Shown piece by piece: positions 31,940-43,898 of a stretch of 64,000 nucleotides of DNA. Numbering within the stretch: position 1 is the stretch's first letter; the number at the start of each line of letters is the position of its first letter. The translations under genes were made by a program, and so were the position numbers. Below the pieces are notes generated by a model. The model was not told the DNA's origin, did no database searches, and saw nothing but the letters and a program-made list of their open reading frames with translations. The DNA comes from Alphaproteobacteria bacterium (GTDB taxonomy: Bacteria > Pseudomonadota > Alphaproteobacteria > GCA-2746255). Location: assembly GCA_021296325.1 (NCBI GenBank), contig JAGWAR010000002.1:65459-129458 (forward strand), read 5' to 3'.

Positions 31940-32383
31940 ATGACGGAAGAGATTGTCGATATCTTTACCGATGGGGCGTGCAGCGGCAATCCGGGCCCCG
32001 GCGGCTGGGGCGTGGTGCTGCGTTTTCGGGACACAATCCGCGAAATCTACGGCTTCGAGCCGGCCACGACGAACAACCGGATGGAATTGATGGCGGCGAT
32101 CCAGGCGCTCGAGACGCTGACGCGTCCCGTCAAGGTGCGGCTTTACACGGACAGCACCTATGTGAAGGACGGCATCACCCGATGGCTTCCCAACTGGAAG
32201 ACAAAGGGCTGGAAAACGGCGAACAAGAAACCGGTCAAGAACCGGGATTTGTGGGAACGCCTGGAGGCGGCGCTTGGCAGCCACGAGGTCGAGTGGCACT
32301 GGGTCAAGGCCCATGCCGGGCACCCCGAAAACGAGCGCGCCGACGAGCTGGCCCGTTTCGCCAGCCTCCAGGGAGAGGAATAG
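31940..32383 (+). CDS. rnhA: Ribonuclease HI
   Basis: [38 protein letters not shown]. Confidence 0.96.
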   Translation: MTEEIVDIFTDGACSGNPGPGGWGVVLRFRDTIREIYGFEPATTNNRMELMAAIQALETLTRPVKVRLYTDSTYVKDGITRWLPNWKTKGWKTANKKPVKNRDLWERLEAALGSHEVEWHWVKAHAGHPENERADELARFASLQGEE

Positions 32384-32388
32384 CCCGG

Positions 32389-32871
32389 CTAGAGCGCGCC
32401 GAGAAGGTTCTCGGCCGTGCTGACGTCGAGCCCGGTGCCTTCTTCAAGCAGCAGATTCTTGACGACGCCGTCTTCGACCAGCATCGCGAAGCGCCGCGAA
32501 CGCACCCCCATGCCGAACTTGCTGACGTCCCATTCGAAGCCAAGCGCCTTCGTGAAATCGGCGTTGCCGTCGCCCAGCATGAGAACCTTGCCATCGGCAT
32601 TTTGCGCCTTGCCCCACGAATCCATCACGAAGGCATCGTTCACGGAAACGCAGGCAATCGTATCGACGCCTTTCGCCTTGATCGCGTCGAGGTTGTCCAC
32701 GAAGCCGGGCAGATGTTTCGTCGAACAGGTCGGCGTGAAAGCGCCCGGCACGCCGATGACCACGACGCGCTTGCCCTTGAAGAGTTCGTCCGTTGAGATC
32801 GGCTTGGGCCCCTCCGCCGTCATCTGTTGAAGCGTTACCGACGGGACCTTGTCGCCTTCCTTGATTGCCAT
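32389..32871 (-). CDS. Peroxiredoxin (Prx5 type)
   Basis: PGAFTPTCS..HLPG, SVNDAFVM, RSRRFAM. Confidence 0.93.
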   Translation of the reverse strand: MAIKEGDKVPSVTLQQMTAEGPKPISTDELFKGKRVVVIGVPGAFTPTCSTKHLPGFVDNLDAIKAKGVDTIACVSVNDAFVMDSWGKAQNADGKVLMLGDGNADFTKALGFEWDVSKFGMGVRSRRFAMLVEDGVVKNLLLEEGTGLDVSTAENLLGAL

Positions 32872-32983
32872 GTTGTTTTCCTCCCACTCTCGCCCTGTGC
32901 GAGATTGCGTTTTGATGCCCCTAAGTTAAAGGGATTGGGCCGGTGATTTCATCCCCAATTTCCATGCGGGTTTCGCCAGGTCC

Positions 32984-35131
32984 CTATTTTGCGCCTTCTG
33001 CCTGCGCCATGGCCTTCAGCACGGCGGCCTGCGTCAGAAGTTCGGGCAGGGGCACACCGGCGGGCGCGGCCGGGCCATAGACGACGTTGAAGGGAATCCC
33101 GAAGCGGCCGAAGGTGGCGAGGTAGTCGGCGATCCGTTCATCGGGCCGCGTCCAGTCGGCTCGCATGGCGACCACCTGTTCACTTTCCAGCCGTTCCCGG
33201 ACGCCGCCTTGATCGAGGACCAGTTCCTTGTTGGCCCGGCAGGTGAGGCACCACTTCGCCGTGACGTCGACGAAGACGAGCTTGCCGTCGGCGACCAGGG
33301 CCGGAATGCGGCCGGCGTCGAAGGGCTGCCACGGCCCCTCCCCGGCGGCGGGCGGCGGCGAAGGCGCGCCGGGCGCCGTTAGCGTCACCGCAAGGGGCAG
33401 CAGCAGGAAGAGCGCGATCAGGGCGCCCAGCGACCTTCGGGATTTCGGAAAGCGCGCGCGCAAGCCGGTTGCCAGGAAAAGGCCGGCCATCAGCACGCCG
33501 ACCGCAAGGCTGGCCCTTTCCCCTATTTCGCTGGCGAAGACCGTAAGCAGCCAAAGCGCCGTCGCAAGCAGCGCCAGCCCCAGCAGGCGGCGGAGCACGC
33601 CCATCCAGGGGCCGGGTCTGGGAAGCCGCGTCGCCAGGGCCGGAAACGCGACGACCAACAGATAGGGAAGCGCCAGACCAAGACCCAGGGCCGTGAAGAT
33701 CGCATAGATCTCAAGCGGCCCGCGGGAAAGTGCAAAGCCGATCGAGGTGCCGAGAAAGGGTGCCGAGCAGGGCGTCGCCAGCGCGGTCGCAAAAACACCG
33801 GTCAGGAAATGGCCGGCCATGCCCTGCCCCCCCTTGCCGGCGAGCCGGATCTGCAGGGCGCCCGGCAGGCGAATTTCGAAAAAGCCCCAGAGATTGGCCG
33901 CGAAAAGCGTCAGCACGACGATCATGGACAGCAGGAAAAGCGGTGCCTGAAACTGAAAGCCCCAACCGACGGCATGGCCGGCGCCGCGCAGCAGCGCGAT
34001 CAGGGTAGCGAGCAGAAGGAAGGCGAAGAGGATGCCGGCGACCGAGGCGAGGAAGCCCTTGCGCACCTCCACACGCGCCGCGCCGCCATGACCGGCGAGG
34101 GCAAGCAATTTCAGGGAAAGCACCGGCAGCACGCAGGGCATCAGATTGAGGATGAGGCCACCGAGCAGAGCCAGTAGCAGGACGGCGGCGAGGGTTTCGG
34201 GCGCAAGGGCGCCGACCGGGGCGGGGGATACGGGAAGGATGCGTTCAACCGCGCGCAGATCCACCTTTCCCGCCCCGTCGACCAGGGTGAAGCGCAGATC
34301 CTGGCTGCGAAGCGCGGCAAGCTTCGGCGGCACGCCGCCGGGGCCCTCGACGGCAAGGCGGAAAAGCGCGTGACGCCGGCCCGACCAGAAGCGCGTCTCG
34401 GGGGCGGCAAAGAACAGGCCTTCCGGCCCCTCGACGTAAAGGTCGGGCGAACGGAAAGGCGCTTCTGCCCGCCCGACGACGGAAAGAAGGCCTGAGGCCT
34501 CGGCATATTCGGCGCGCTCGACCGCAAGGCCCACCGGCGCGCCTTCGCCGGGCACGCGGGCAAGGGCGTGCGCGATCGCCGTGCGTTCCGGCGAGGCGGC
34601 CCCCGCCTTCGCCCCGGCGAGGTCGAGGGAAAGGTCGGCCTCGCCTGGAATGCAGATTTCATCGCAAACAAGATAGGTGACCCTGGCGCGAAGCCGGACG
34701 GGGGCGTTTGCGTCCTGCACACCCGCCCGCACCGGAAAGACGACGCCATTGTGGTAGCCCAGCGTCTCGAGCCCGAGCACGCGGAAGCGTTCCGGCACCG
34801 GCCACAGGAAGGAAGGGGGGGCGAGATTTTCCGAACCGGACCAGTCCACCTCCGGCGGATAGCCGGCATCTCCCGGCGCCCGCCAATAGACCTTCCAGCC
34901 GGGCAGCAATTCGAATTCAAGCCCGAGAAGAAGTGTGTCCCCGCCGTCCTTTTCGGGGCCGCCGGCAAGCAGCCGGAGGCGGGCCGGGCGCGCCGTCGCA
35001 TCGAGGGGTTCCTCGCTGGACCAGGCTGACGTCGCGGCCACGGCATCCCCGGACGGCACCGGCCAAAGCCAGGCGCCGCATGCAAAGAGGGCGGCGCAAA
35101 GAAGCCGCCGCGCCACGGTCCGGGTGAACAT
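32984..35131 (-). CDS. DsbD/ScsB-family protein-disulfide reductase
   Basis: GWKVYWR-PGDAG, VCDEICIP, NLMPCVLPV, ATPCSAP, WCLTC thioredoxin domain. Start uncertain. Confidence 0.9.
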   Translation of the reverse strand: MFTRTVARRLLCAALFACGAWLWPVPSGDAVAATSAWSSEEPLDATARPARLRLLAGGPEKDGGDTLLLGLEFELLPGWKVYWRAPGDAGYPPEVDWSGSENLAPPSFLWPVPERFRVLGLETLGYHNGVVFPVRAGVQDANAPVRLRARVTYLVCDEICIPGEADLSLDLAGAKAGAASPERTAIAHALARVPGEGAPVGLAVERAEYAEASGLLSVVGRAEAPFRSPDLYVEGPEGLFFAAPETRFWSGRRHALFRLAVEGPGGVPPKLAALRSQDLRFTLVDGAGKVDLRAVERILPVSPAPVGALAPETLAAVLLLALLGGLILNLMPCVLPVLSLKLLALAGHGGAARVEVRKGFLASVAGILFAFLLLATLIALLRGAGHAVGWGFQFQAPLFLLSMIVVLTLFAANLWGFFEIRLPGALQIRLAGKGGQGMAGHFLTGVFATALATPCSAPFLGTSIGFALSRGPLEIYAIFTALGLGLALPYLLVVAFPALATRLPRPGPWMGVLRRLLGLALLATALWLLTVFASEIGERASLAVGVLMAGLFLATGLRARFPKSRRSLGALIALFLLLPLAVTLTAPGAPSPPPAAGEGPWQPFDAGRIPALVADGKLVFVDVTAKWCLTCRANKELVLDQGGVRERLESEQVVAMRADWTRPDERIADYLATFGRFGIPFNVVYGPAAPAGVPLPELLTQAAVLKAMAQAEGAK

Positions 35132-35253
35132 TGGAATCATTTTAACGCAATATAGCGACTGGTCGTCTTTTGATCGCAAGGATTTCCGCGGCTCACGGAA
35201 GTTTTACGCCCCGGTAAGCTTGCGTTTACCTAAAGGCTTCCAAACTATACCCT

Positions 35254-35832
35254 ATGGAAGTGATGGAACCGACATCCCAGGGTTATCTGGTTGGCCAGCT
35301 TCTGATTGCGACGCCCCAGATTCAGGACCCCCGCTTTTCGCGAACCGTTATCTACGTATGCGCCCACAGCCAGGAAGGCGCGATGGGGCTGGTCGTCAAC
35401 CGACGCATCGGCAGCGCGCCCCTGCCGGACCTGCTGGAACAGCTTGGCGTCGATACCCCGACCGACAGCCGGGAAATTAACCTGTTCTTCGGCGGCCCCG
35501 TCGAATCGGAACGGGGCTTCGTTCTGCATTCGGCGGAATACCAGCAGGACAGCACGCTGAAGATCGATTCGAACGTTGCCCTGACGGCATCGGCCGAGAT
35601 TCTGAAAGACATCGCCCAGGGACGCGGGCCACGGAAAAGCATGGTCGTGCTTGGTTACGCCGGATGGGCCCCCGGCCAGCTGGAAGTCGAGATTCGGAAC
35701 AATGGCTGGCTGCACGCCTCCGCCGACGAGCTGTTGATCTTCGACGAAGAGCTGGACGCGAAGTGGGAAATGGCGCTGGCGAAGATCGGCGTCGACTGGG
35801 GCATGCTTTCCGGCCAGGCGGGCAACGCCTAA
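35254..35832 (+). CDS. YqgE/AlgH-family protein
   Basis: DPRF-RTVI, GAMGLVVN, GGPVE, LGYAGWAPGQLE. Confidence 0.92.
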   Translation: MEVMEPTSQGYLVGQLLIATPQIQDPRFSRTVIYVCAHSQEGAMGLVVNRRIGSAPLPDLLEQLGVDTPTDSREINLFFGGPVESERGFVLHSAEYQQDSTLKIDSNVALTASAEILKDIAQGRGPRKSMVVLGYAGWAPGQLEVEIRNNGWLHASADELLIFDEELDAKWEMALAKIGVDWGMLSGQAGNA

Positions 35833-35865
35833 GCCCCGTTCTCTTCAATTCCAACGATGGCGCGA

Positions 35866-37122
35866 TCAGCCGAAGCGGCTTTGCAGCCGCTCGAAAGTCT
35901 CGAGCCCGCCGGTCGGACCCAGCGCGGCAAGCGTAGGCTTGCCCTTGCAGAGCCGGCCCGCGACGCGCGCAATCGCCGCCCCGTCAACCGCGTCGATGCG
36001 GCTTGCGATTTCTTCCGGCGGCAAAGGCCGGCCGAAAACCAGCAACTGGTTTGCCAGCTGTTCGCACCGCGCGCCTGAACTTTCCCGCGACATCAGGATC
36101 CCCGCCTTGAGCTGTGCCTTCGCCCGGTTGATTTCGTCCTCTGTCGTATCGCGCGCCGTCGCCTGAACGGTCTCGGCGATGACGGGGACCAGCTCGCCCG
36201 CCTCCTTCGGTCCCGTGCCCGCGTAAATTCCAAAAAGCCCGCCATCGGAATAGAAGGAAGTGAAGCTGTGGATCGTGTAGACGAGCCCCCGCTTCTCGCG
36301 CACCTCCTGGAAAAGCCGCGACGACATGCCGCCGCCCAGCAGCATCGAATAGACGGAAAGCGCGTAGAAATCCGGGTCCAGATAGCTAAGACCCTGAAAA
36401 CCAAGAACAAGATGGAGCTGTTCGAGATCGCGGGCCTCGCGGCTGTCGCCGCCAGCATAGCGGGCCGGCGCGGGCGCGTCCGCCGTCTGCGGCGCGAGCC
36501 CCTCGAAGGCGCGGCCCGCCAGATCGCGCAGCTTGTCATGCTCGACGTCGCCGGCCGCCGCCAGCACCATGCGCGAGGCGCCGTAATTCGCGTCCAAATA
36601 GCCGAGGATCGCCGGACGCGAAAGCCCGGCAAGCGTCGCATGGGTGCCCAGCACCGGCCAGCCCATCGGCTGGTCCGGGTAGCACGCCCCTTGATAGCGA
36701 TCGAAAATGACGTCGTCCGGCGTGTCCTCCGCCTGGCCGATTTCCTGGGCGACGACGGCGCGCTCGCGTTCGAGCTCGGTCGCGTCGAAAACGGAATGCT
36801 GGAGAATGTCGGCCAGAAGATCGACGGCAAGGGGAAGGTCGGCCCCCAGCACGCGCGCATGATAGGCCGTCTGTTCCCGCGACGTATAGGCGTTGAGCGC
36901 GCCGCCGACGGCTTCGATCGCTTCGACGATGGCCCTGGCCGAGCGCGTCTTCGTTCCCTTGAACGCCATGTGCTCGAGCAGGTGGGCGACCCCGTTGACC
37001 TCGGCCGTTTCGTAACGGGTGCCGGCGCCGACCCAGACGCCGACGGTGGCGCTTTCGACTCCTTCCATGCGGTCCGTCGCCACGCGCAGGCCATTGGCAA
37101 GGGTCGTGACTTCGACCGTCAT
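35866..37122 (-). CDS. M16 (pitrilysin/MPP-like) zinc peptidase
   Basis: AHLLEHMAFKGT inverted zinc motif, NAYTSRE, GGGMSSRLFQEVRE. Confidence 0.93.
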   Translation of the reverse strand: MTVEVTTLANGLRVATDRMEGVESATVGVWVGAGTRYETAEVNGVAHLLEHMAFKGTKTRSARAIVEAIEAVGGALNAYTSREQTAYHARVLGADLPLAVDLLADILQHSVFDATELERERAVVAQEIGQAEDTPDDVIFDRYQGACYPDQPMGWPVLGTHATLAGLSRPAILGYLDANYGASRMVLAAAGDVEHDKLRDLAGRAFEGLAPQTADAPAPARYAGGDSREARDLEQLHLVLGFQGLSYLDPDFYALSVYSMLLGGGMSSRLFQEVREKRGLVYTIHSFTSFYSDGGLFGIYAGTGPKEAGELVPVIAETVQATARDTTEDEINRAKAQLKAGILMSRESSGARCEQLANQLLVFGRPLPPEEIASRIDAVDGAAIARVAGRLCKGKPTLAALGPTGGLETFERLQSRFG

Positions 37123-38513
37123 GCGGCCCCCTGAAGGCGCGCATGAGCCCGCACATGGGCCTTCACTTCCGCAAGATCGTTGGGAAGCGTCACCATGCGT
37201 TCTTCGCGCTCGAAAAGATCGGCGAGGCGCTTCGGCAGGGCCGGACGCGTGCCGGTCGCCCGTTCGACGGCGTCGGGAAATTTCGCTGGATGCGCACTGG
37301 CCAGCGCCACCACCGGCGCGTCGTCCCCGTCCCGGACGGCCCGCGCCGCGGCCACCGCGATCGCCGTGTGGGGGTCGATCAGAAGCCCGTTTTCCCGATG
37401 GACCGCCGCGATCGTCGCAAGCGTCGCCACGTCGTCGAAGCGGTGAGCGGAGAAAGTCTCAAGCGCCTGATCGAGAAGTTTTTTTTCCACATCGAGACGG
37501 CCCGAACGACGGAACGCCTCCATGGCAGCGCACAGCTTTTCGCCGTCGCGTTCGTAAAGGTCGAACAGGAAGCGTTCGAAATTGCTGGAAATCTGGATGT
37601 CCATCGCCGGGCTCAGGCTGGGCTCGACATTGCGTACCGTCATGGCGCCTTCGGTGAAGAAGCGGAACAGAATGTCGTTCCGGTTGGTGCCGATCACCAG
37701 CTTGCGAACCGGAAGTCCCATCCGTTTCGCCACATAGCCGGCATAGACGTTGCCAAAATTGCCGGTCGGCACGGCGAAGGCAAGCGGTTGGCCGGCGTCC
37801 AGCTTGAGCGCGGCGGCAAAATAATAGACCGTCTGGGCCAGGATACGCGCCCAGTTGATCGAATTCACCGAGGAAAGCCGCAACGCGTCCCGGAATCCGG
37901 CGTCGTTGAACATGCCCTTCACGAGGTCCTGGCAATCGTCGAAAGTGCCGTCGATGGCGAGGTTGTGAACGTTGGCGGAAGCGACCGTCGTCATCTGCCG
38001 GCGCTGCACTTCCGAGATCCGTCCCTTCGGATGCAGGATGAAGACGTCGATGGCGTCGCGGTCGCGGCAGGCTTCGATCGCCGCCGAGCCAGTATCGCCC
38101 GAGGTGGCGCCAAGCACGGTGATGCGGCTTTTGCGGGCCTGCAGCACGTGGTCGAACAGCCGGCCCAGCACCTGAAGGGCATAGTCCTTGAAGGCCAGCG
38201 TCGGCCCGTGAAAGAGTTCCATCAGCCAGAGCTTGCCGTCGAGCGGGCGCAGGGGCGCCACGTCCGGATCGTCGAAGCCGGCATAGGCCTCCTCCACCAG
38301 GCGGGCAAAATCCTTAGGCGCGATCGCCTCGCCCAGAAAGGGCGTCATGACGCGAACGGCAAGATCGGGATAGGAAAGGCCCCGCAGCGAGACGGGATCG
38401 AGCGGCGGAAAGGCCGCCGGCACGTAGAGCCCGCCGTCCCGGGCCAGCCCGGTCAGCAACACCTCGTCAAAGGGAAGTTCGGGCGCCTCGCCCCGGGTGC
38501 TGACATAACGCAA
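37119..38513 (-). CDS. thrC: Threonine synthase
   Basis: YVSTRG, ELFHGPTLAFKD, ATSGDTG, NSINWAR, PTGNFG. Confidence 0.96.
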   Translation of the reverse strand: MRYVSTRGEAPELPFDEVLLTGLARDGGLYVPAAFPPLDPVSLRGLSYPDLAVRVMTPFLGEAIAPKDFARLVEEAYAGFDDPDVAPLRPLDGKLWLMELFHGPTLAFKDYALQVLGRLFDHVLQARKSRITVLGATSGDTGSAAIEACRDRDAIDVFILHPKGRISEVQRRQMTTVASANVHNLAIDGTFDDCQDLVKGMFNDAGFRDALRLSSVNSINWARILAQTVYYFAAALKLDAGQPLAFAVPTGNFGNVYAGYVAKRMGLPVRKLVIGTNRNDILFRFFTEGAMTVRNVEPSLSPAMDIQISSNFERFLFDLYERDGEKLCAAMEAFRRSGRLDVEKKLLDQALETFSAHRFDDVATLATIAAVHRENGLLIDPHTAIAVAAARAVRDGDDAPVVALASAHPAKFPDAVERATGTRPALPKRLADLFEREERMVTLPNDLAEVKAHVRAHARLQGAA

Positions 38514-38593
38514 GGTATCGTCTCCGAAATTTCGCGCCCCGCGACCCTAGCCCCCGGCCACCGCTGCGGCAAGCCGGCGGACGGGACGGCCGA

Positions 38594-39304
38594 TCAGGGC
38601 CGGGTGCGGCGATGGTAGAGAAAATAGATAACGAGCAAGCCGGCGGCCAGCGAATACCAGATGGTCGCGTAAGAGAGGTGATTGTCCGCAAGTTCGATCC
38701 GGGGCGGGTCGGCCACGGGATAGACACCCGGATCGCTGTCCGGCGCCGCCTCGAGCAGGAGGGGAACCACCGGCGTCACGCCGGCGAAGGCGGCCATCGC
38801 CGGCAGGTCCACGTGGAACCAGAGATTGTTTTCCGGCTCGTTCGCGGGCGTGAGCCAGCCCTTCGGCTTGTCCGTGCGCAGCACGCCTTCGATCGCCACG
38901 GCCCCGGAAGAAAGGCCGTCGGCGCGCGTGGCGGGGTCCTTGCGGTCCATCGGCACCCAGCCGCGATGGACGAGAAGCGCCCGACCGTCCTCGCGCAGAA
39001 AGGGCGTCACGATCCCGAAGCCGACATGGCCGTTGCGGGTGCGGCTCGTCAAATACATTTCCTTTTCGTGAAGGAAGCGGCCCCGGACCTGCACCCGGCG
39101 CAGCTCCCAGGTCTCCGGCGTCTCGATCCGGGCGGGCAGCGTCACCGGCGGTTCGGCAAGGTTGGCTTCCGCCTCCGCAATCAGCGCCCGCTTCCAGGCC
39201 AGCCGGTCCATCTGCCACGTGCCGAGCGCGATCAGCACCAGCACCGCCGGTACGGTCAGCAGGGTCGGCCACAGGGTCGGCCGGAAGGAGAAAGCCCCCT
39301 TCAA
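38594..39304 (-). CDS. SURF1-family cytochrome oxidase assembly protein
   Basis: LGTWQ..RL.WK, VHRGWVP, NHLSYA.TWY-like motif. TTG start inferred from overlap with the upstream stop. Confidence 0.88.
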   Translation of the reverse strand: MKGAFSFRPTLWPTLLTVPAVLVLIALGTWQMDRLAWKRALIAEAEANLAEPPVTLPARIETPETWELRRVQVRGRFLHEKEMYLTSRTRNGHVGFGIVTPFLREDGRALLVHRGWVPMDRKDPATRADGLSSGAVAIEGVLRTDKPKGWLTPANEPENNLWFHVDLPAMAAFAGVTPVVPLLLEAAPDSDPGVYPVADPPRIELADNHLSYATIWYSLAAGLLVIYFLYHRRTRP

Positions 39305-39675
39305 GGTGCATCGTCCCGTTGATCGGGGCGGTATTGGTAGTGGATGCCGATGATCCCGCCCTTGAGCGGCGGCAGCATGAAATAGACCCCGCCGCAGACA
39401 AGCGGCACCCACAGCAGCCCGTGCACCCAGAAGGGCGGCATGTAGGCGACCTCGACGACAAGGGCGAGGCCAACCACCACAAAGCCCAGGATCAGGATGA
39501 TGAAGACGGACGGCCCATCCGCGTTCTCGAAGCCGGAAAGATCAAGGCCGCAGACCGAGCATCGGTCCGCGACCTTGAGATAACCCTTGAACAGTTTGCC
39601 TTTCCCGCAACGCGGGCAACGACCGGCAAGGCTTGCGCGAATTGGAGAAACGTCCGGGGCGGAACTTTCCGTCAT
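39301..39675 (-). CDS. DUF983 family protein
   Basis: GRCPRCGKGKLF..YLKV..C..CG, DGP, PP.W.H. Confidence 0.88.
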   Translation of the reverse strand: MTESSAPDVSPIRASLAGRCPRCGKGKLFKGYLKVADRCSVCGLDLSGFENADGPSVFIILILGFVVVGLALVVEVAYMPPFWVHGLLWVPLVCGGVYFMLPPLKGGIIGIHYQYRPDQRDDAP

Positions 39676-39697
39676 TCGCGTGTAAACGTAACCTCCT

Positions 39698-40507
39698 CTA
39701 GGCCGTCGGCCACCAATAGACGCAGGTGAACAGGAACAGCCACACCACGTCGACGAAATGCCAGTACCAGGCCGCCGCTTCGAACCCGAAGTGATGGTCC
39801 GGCTTGAAGTGGCCGAGGATTGCCCGGTACAGCATCGCCGACAGGAAGATCGAACCCACGATCACATGGAACCCGTGAAACCCGGTCGCCATGAAGAAGG
39901 TCGAGGGATAGATGCCATCGACGAAACGGAAGGGCGCATGGATGTATTCGTAAGCCTGAAACCCGGTAAAGGTAACGCCAAGCACAACGGTCGCCGCCAG
40001 CCAGCCGATCAGCTGGCCCCGGTTGCCGTGGCGCAGGCCGTGATGAGCGAGCGTCACCGTGCCGCCAGACGTCAACAGAATGACCGTGTTGATGAAGGGG
40101 ATGTCCCAGGGATCGAAGACTTTCATTCCGTTCGGCGGCCAGACGCTGCCGACCTGCTCCGTCGGAAAGAGGGAAGCGTTGAAATAGGCCCAGAAAAAGG
40201 CGGCGAAGAACAGCACCTCGGACATGATGAAAAGCGCCATACCGAAACGCAGGCCGACCTGCACGACGGGGTTATGGTAACCGTGGCGTTCGCCCTCCAG
40301 CGTGACATCCGTAAACCAGCGCACCATCGTATAAAGAATGCCGACGAAGCCCAGAATCATGATGGCGGCATCGGCAAGCGTGCGGTCGCTGTGCATGAAC
40401 AGAACGCCGCCACCGAACGTCAGGAACGCCGAGATGGCGCCTACGATCGGCCATGGCGACGGATCGACCAAGTGATAGGGATGCGGATGTGCGTGACCAT
40501 GCGTCAT
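39698..40507 (-). CDS. coxC: Cytochrome c oxidase subunit III
   Basis: HPYHLVDPSPWP, SEVLFF, TGFHGFHV, AAWYWHFVDVVW. Confidence 0.96.
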   Translation of the reverse strand: MTHGHAHPHPYHLVDPSPWPIVGAISAFLTFGGGVLFMHSDRTLADAAIMILGFVGILYTMVRWFTDVTLEGERHGYHNPVVQVGLRFGMALFIMSEVLFFAAFFWAYFNASLFPTEQVGSVWPPNGMKVFDPWDIPFINTVILLTSGGTVTLAHHGLRHGNRGQLIGWLAATVVLGVTFTGFQAYEYIHAPFRFVDGIYPSTFFMATGFHGFHVIVGSIFLSAMLYRAILGHFKPDHHFGFEAAAWYWHFVDVVWLFLFTCVYWWPTA

Positions 40508-40576
40508 TGAATTAATCCTCCAAGGTGCCCCGTAATCTTGTGCATTCGATTGCTCGCATACAGAATTCCCCGCCCC

Positions 40577-41176
40577 TTAGCGGCCCGCGCCTTCTTCGGT
40601 GGCCGCATGCGCCAGACGCGCCGCCGCTTCCTTGCCGGCGCTTTCCTCGCTGAAGGCGGGAAAGAACGTGTAGGAAAGGGTGATCGTCTCGACGTCTTCG
40701 AGGTTGGGATCCTTTAAAATTTCCGGATCGATAAAGAAGGAGACCGGCATGTCGGCGCTCTCCCCCGGTTTGAGCTGCTGTTCGTCGAAACAGAAGCAAT
40801 GAATCTTGCTGAAATAGGGGCCGGCCTTCAGCGGCGTCACGTTGAAGACGGCGGTGCCGGTCAGCGTTTCCTTCGAACGGTTCGTCGCCTCGTAGAAGGC
40901 AAGTTTTTCCTCGCCCACACGGACCGTGACCTTGCGCTGCACCGGCTGGAAGGCCCATGGCAAATCAGGGGCGATGTCGGCGTTGAAACGCACGGTGATC
41001 CGGCGATCGGAAACCGCGTCCGGGGCGGCGTCGGCCGTCTGGGTAGTCCCACCGAAACCCGTCACCTGGCAGAACAGGCGATAAAGCGGAACCGACGCAA
41101 AACTCAACCCCGTCATGCCGGCAACGACAAGCACGAGCGAAGCAAGCACCACCCGGTTGCGATGCGCTTTTTTCAC
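40577..41176 (-). CDS. ctaG: Cytochrome c oxidase assembly protein CtaG/Cox11
   Basis: VPLYRLFCQVTGFGGT, KIHCFCF, ITLSYTFF. GTG start at 41176 or 41179. Confidence 0.93.
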   Translation of the reverse strand: MKKAHRNRVVLASLVLVVAGMTGLSFASVPLYRLFCQVTGFGGTTQTADAAPDAVSDRRITVRFNADIAPDLPWAFQPVQRKVTVRVGEEKLAFYEATNRSKETLTGTAVFNVTPLKAGPYFSKIHCFCFDEQQLKPGESADMPVSFFIDPEILKDPNLEDVETITLSYTFFPAFSEESAGKEAAARLAHAATEEGAGR

Positions 41177-41295
41177 CACGCCTCTCCCATCCGGATGATC
41201 GAGACAACGTAGATCAGCGCCACCAGCCCGAGCAGCACGGCAAGAACCACCAGGTTCTTGGTCCGCAGATTTTTCTTCGAGTTGTCGTCGGTCAT
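41173..41295 (-). CDS. 40-aa single-TM protein of the cox operon (CoxF-like)
   Basis: MTDDNSKKNLRTKNLVVLAVLLGLVALIYVVSIIRMGEAW*, between ctaB and ctaG; below the ORF track cutoff. Confidence 0.7.
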   Translation of the reverse strand: MTDDNSKKNLRTKNLVVLAVLLGLVALIYVVSIIRMGEAW

Positions 41296-41310
41296 CGTCG
41301 TCTACACACC

Positions 41311-42219
41311 TTACGCCACCAAGCTTAAACCCCGATCGGCCAACAGGGCGGCGAAGAGAAGAAAGAGATAAAGAATCGAATAGGCGAACATGTGCCGCGC
41401 CGAACGGTCCGTTTCGTCGAACCAGACGCGAACGGCAAACGCCACGAAAACCGCGCCAAGCAGGGCGGCGGTAGCTGCATAGAAAAGGCCAACCAGGCCG
41501 ATGAAGCTGGGCGCCAGCGTCAGGGGAACCAGCAGCAGGGTGTAGAGCAGGATCCGCTTGCGGGTCTCGCGCAGGCCGGCCACTACGGGCAGCATCGGCA
41601 CGCCGGCGTTTTCGTAATCGTCGCTCCGGTACAGCGAAAGCGCCCAGAAATGGGGCGGCGTCCACAGGAAGATGATGGCGAAGAGAACGAGCGGGGCAAG
41701 GCTTACGTCACCGGTCACCGCTGCCCAGCCGATCATCGGCGGAAAGGCGCCAGCGGCACCCCCGATGACGATGTTCTCGGGCGTGCGCCGCTTGAGCCAC
41801 ATCGTGTAGACGAAGACGTAGAAGGCGATGGTGAGGGTCAGCAGGCCGGCCGCCACCCAGTTCACCGCCAGCCCCATGATGGCGATGGACCCCATTGCCA
41901 GCACGACACCAAAGCCGAGCGCCTCGTCCGGCACGATGCGGCCCATCGGCAAGGGCCGGCCACGCGTGCGGCGCATCTTTGCGTCGATGTCCCGGTCGTA
42001 CCACATGTTGATGGCCCCGGCCGCGCCCGCGCCGACGGCAATACAAAGCAGCGCCACGCCAGCCAGGACCGGGTGCAGCGTGCCGGGCGCCAGCAGCAGC
42101 CCGACGATGCCGGTAAAGACGACCAGCGACATGACCCGCGGCTTCAGGAGCTGACAGAAGTCCTGAACGCGGGAATCGCCCGCAAAGGCGGCTTCGTTTT
42201 GAACCGTCGTGGAATGCAT
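41311..42219 (-). CDS. ctaB: Heme o synthase (protoheme IX farnesyltransferase)
   Basis: [47 protein letters not shown]. Confidence 0.95.
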   Translation of the reverse strand: MHSTTVQNEAAFAGDSRVQDFCQLLKPRVMSLVVFTGIVGLLLAPGTLHPVLAGVALLCIAVGAGAAGAINMWYDRDIDAKMRRTRGRPLPMGRIVPDEALGFGVVLAMGSIAIMGLAVNWVAAGLLTLTIAFYVFVYTMWLKRRTPENIVIGGAAGAFPPMIGWAAVTGDVSLAPLVLFAIIFLWTPPHFWALSLYRSDDYENAGVPMLPVVAGLRETRKRILLYTLLLVPLTLAPSFIGLVGLFYAATAALLGAVFVAFAVRVWFDETDRSARHMFAYSILYLFLLFAALLADRGLSLVA

Positions 42220-42275
42220 CACACCTTCCGTCACGCGAAACTCCCGAAGCCCATTGCCCGGCAATCAATGCCGCG

Positions 42276-43898
<1,623 letters not shown>
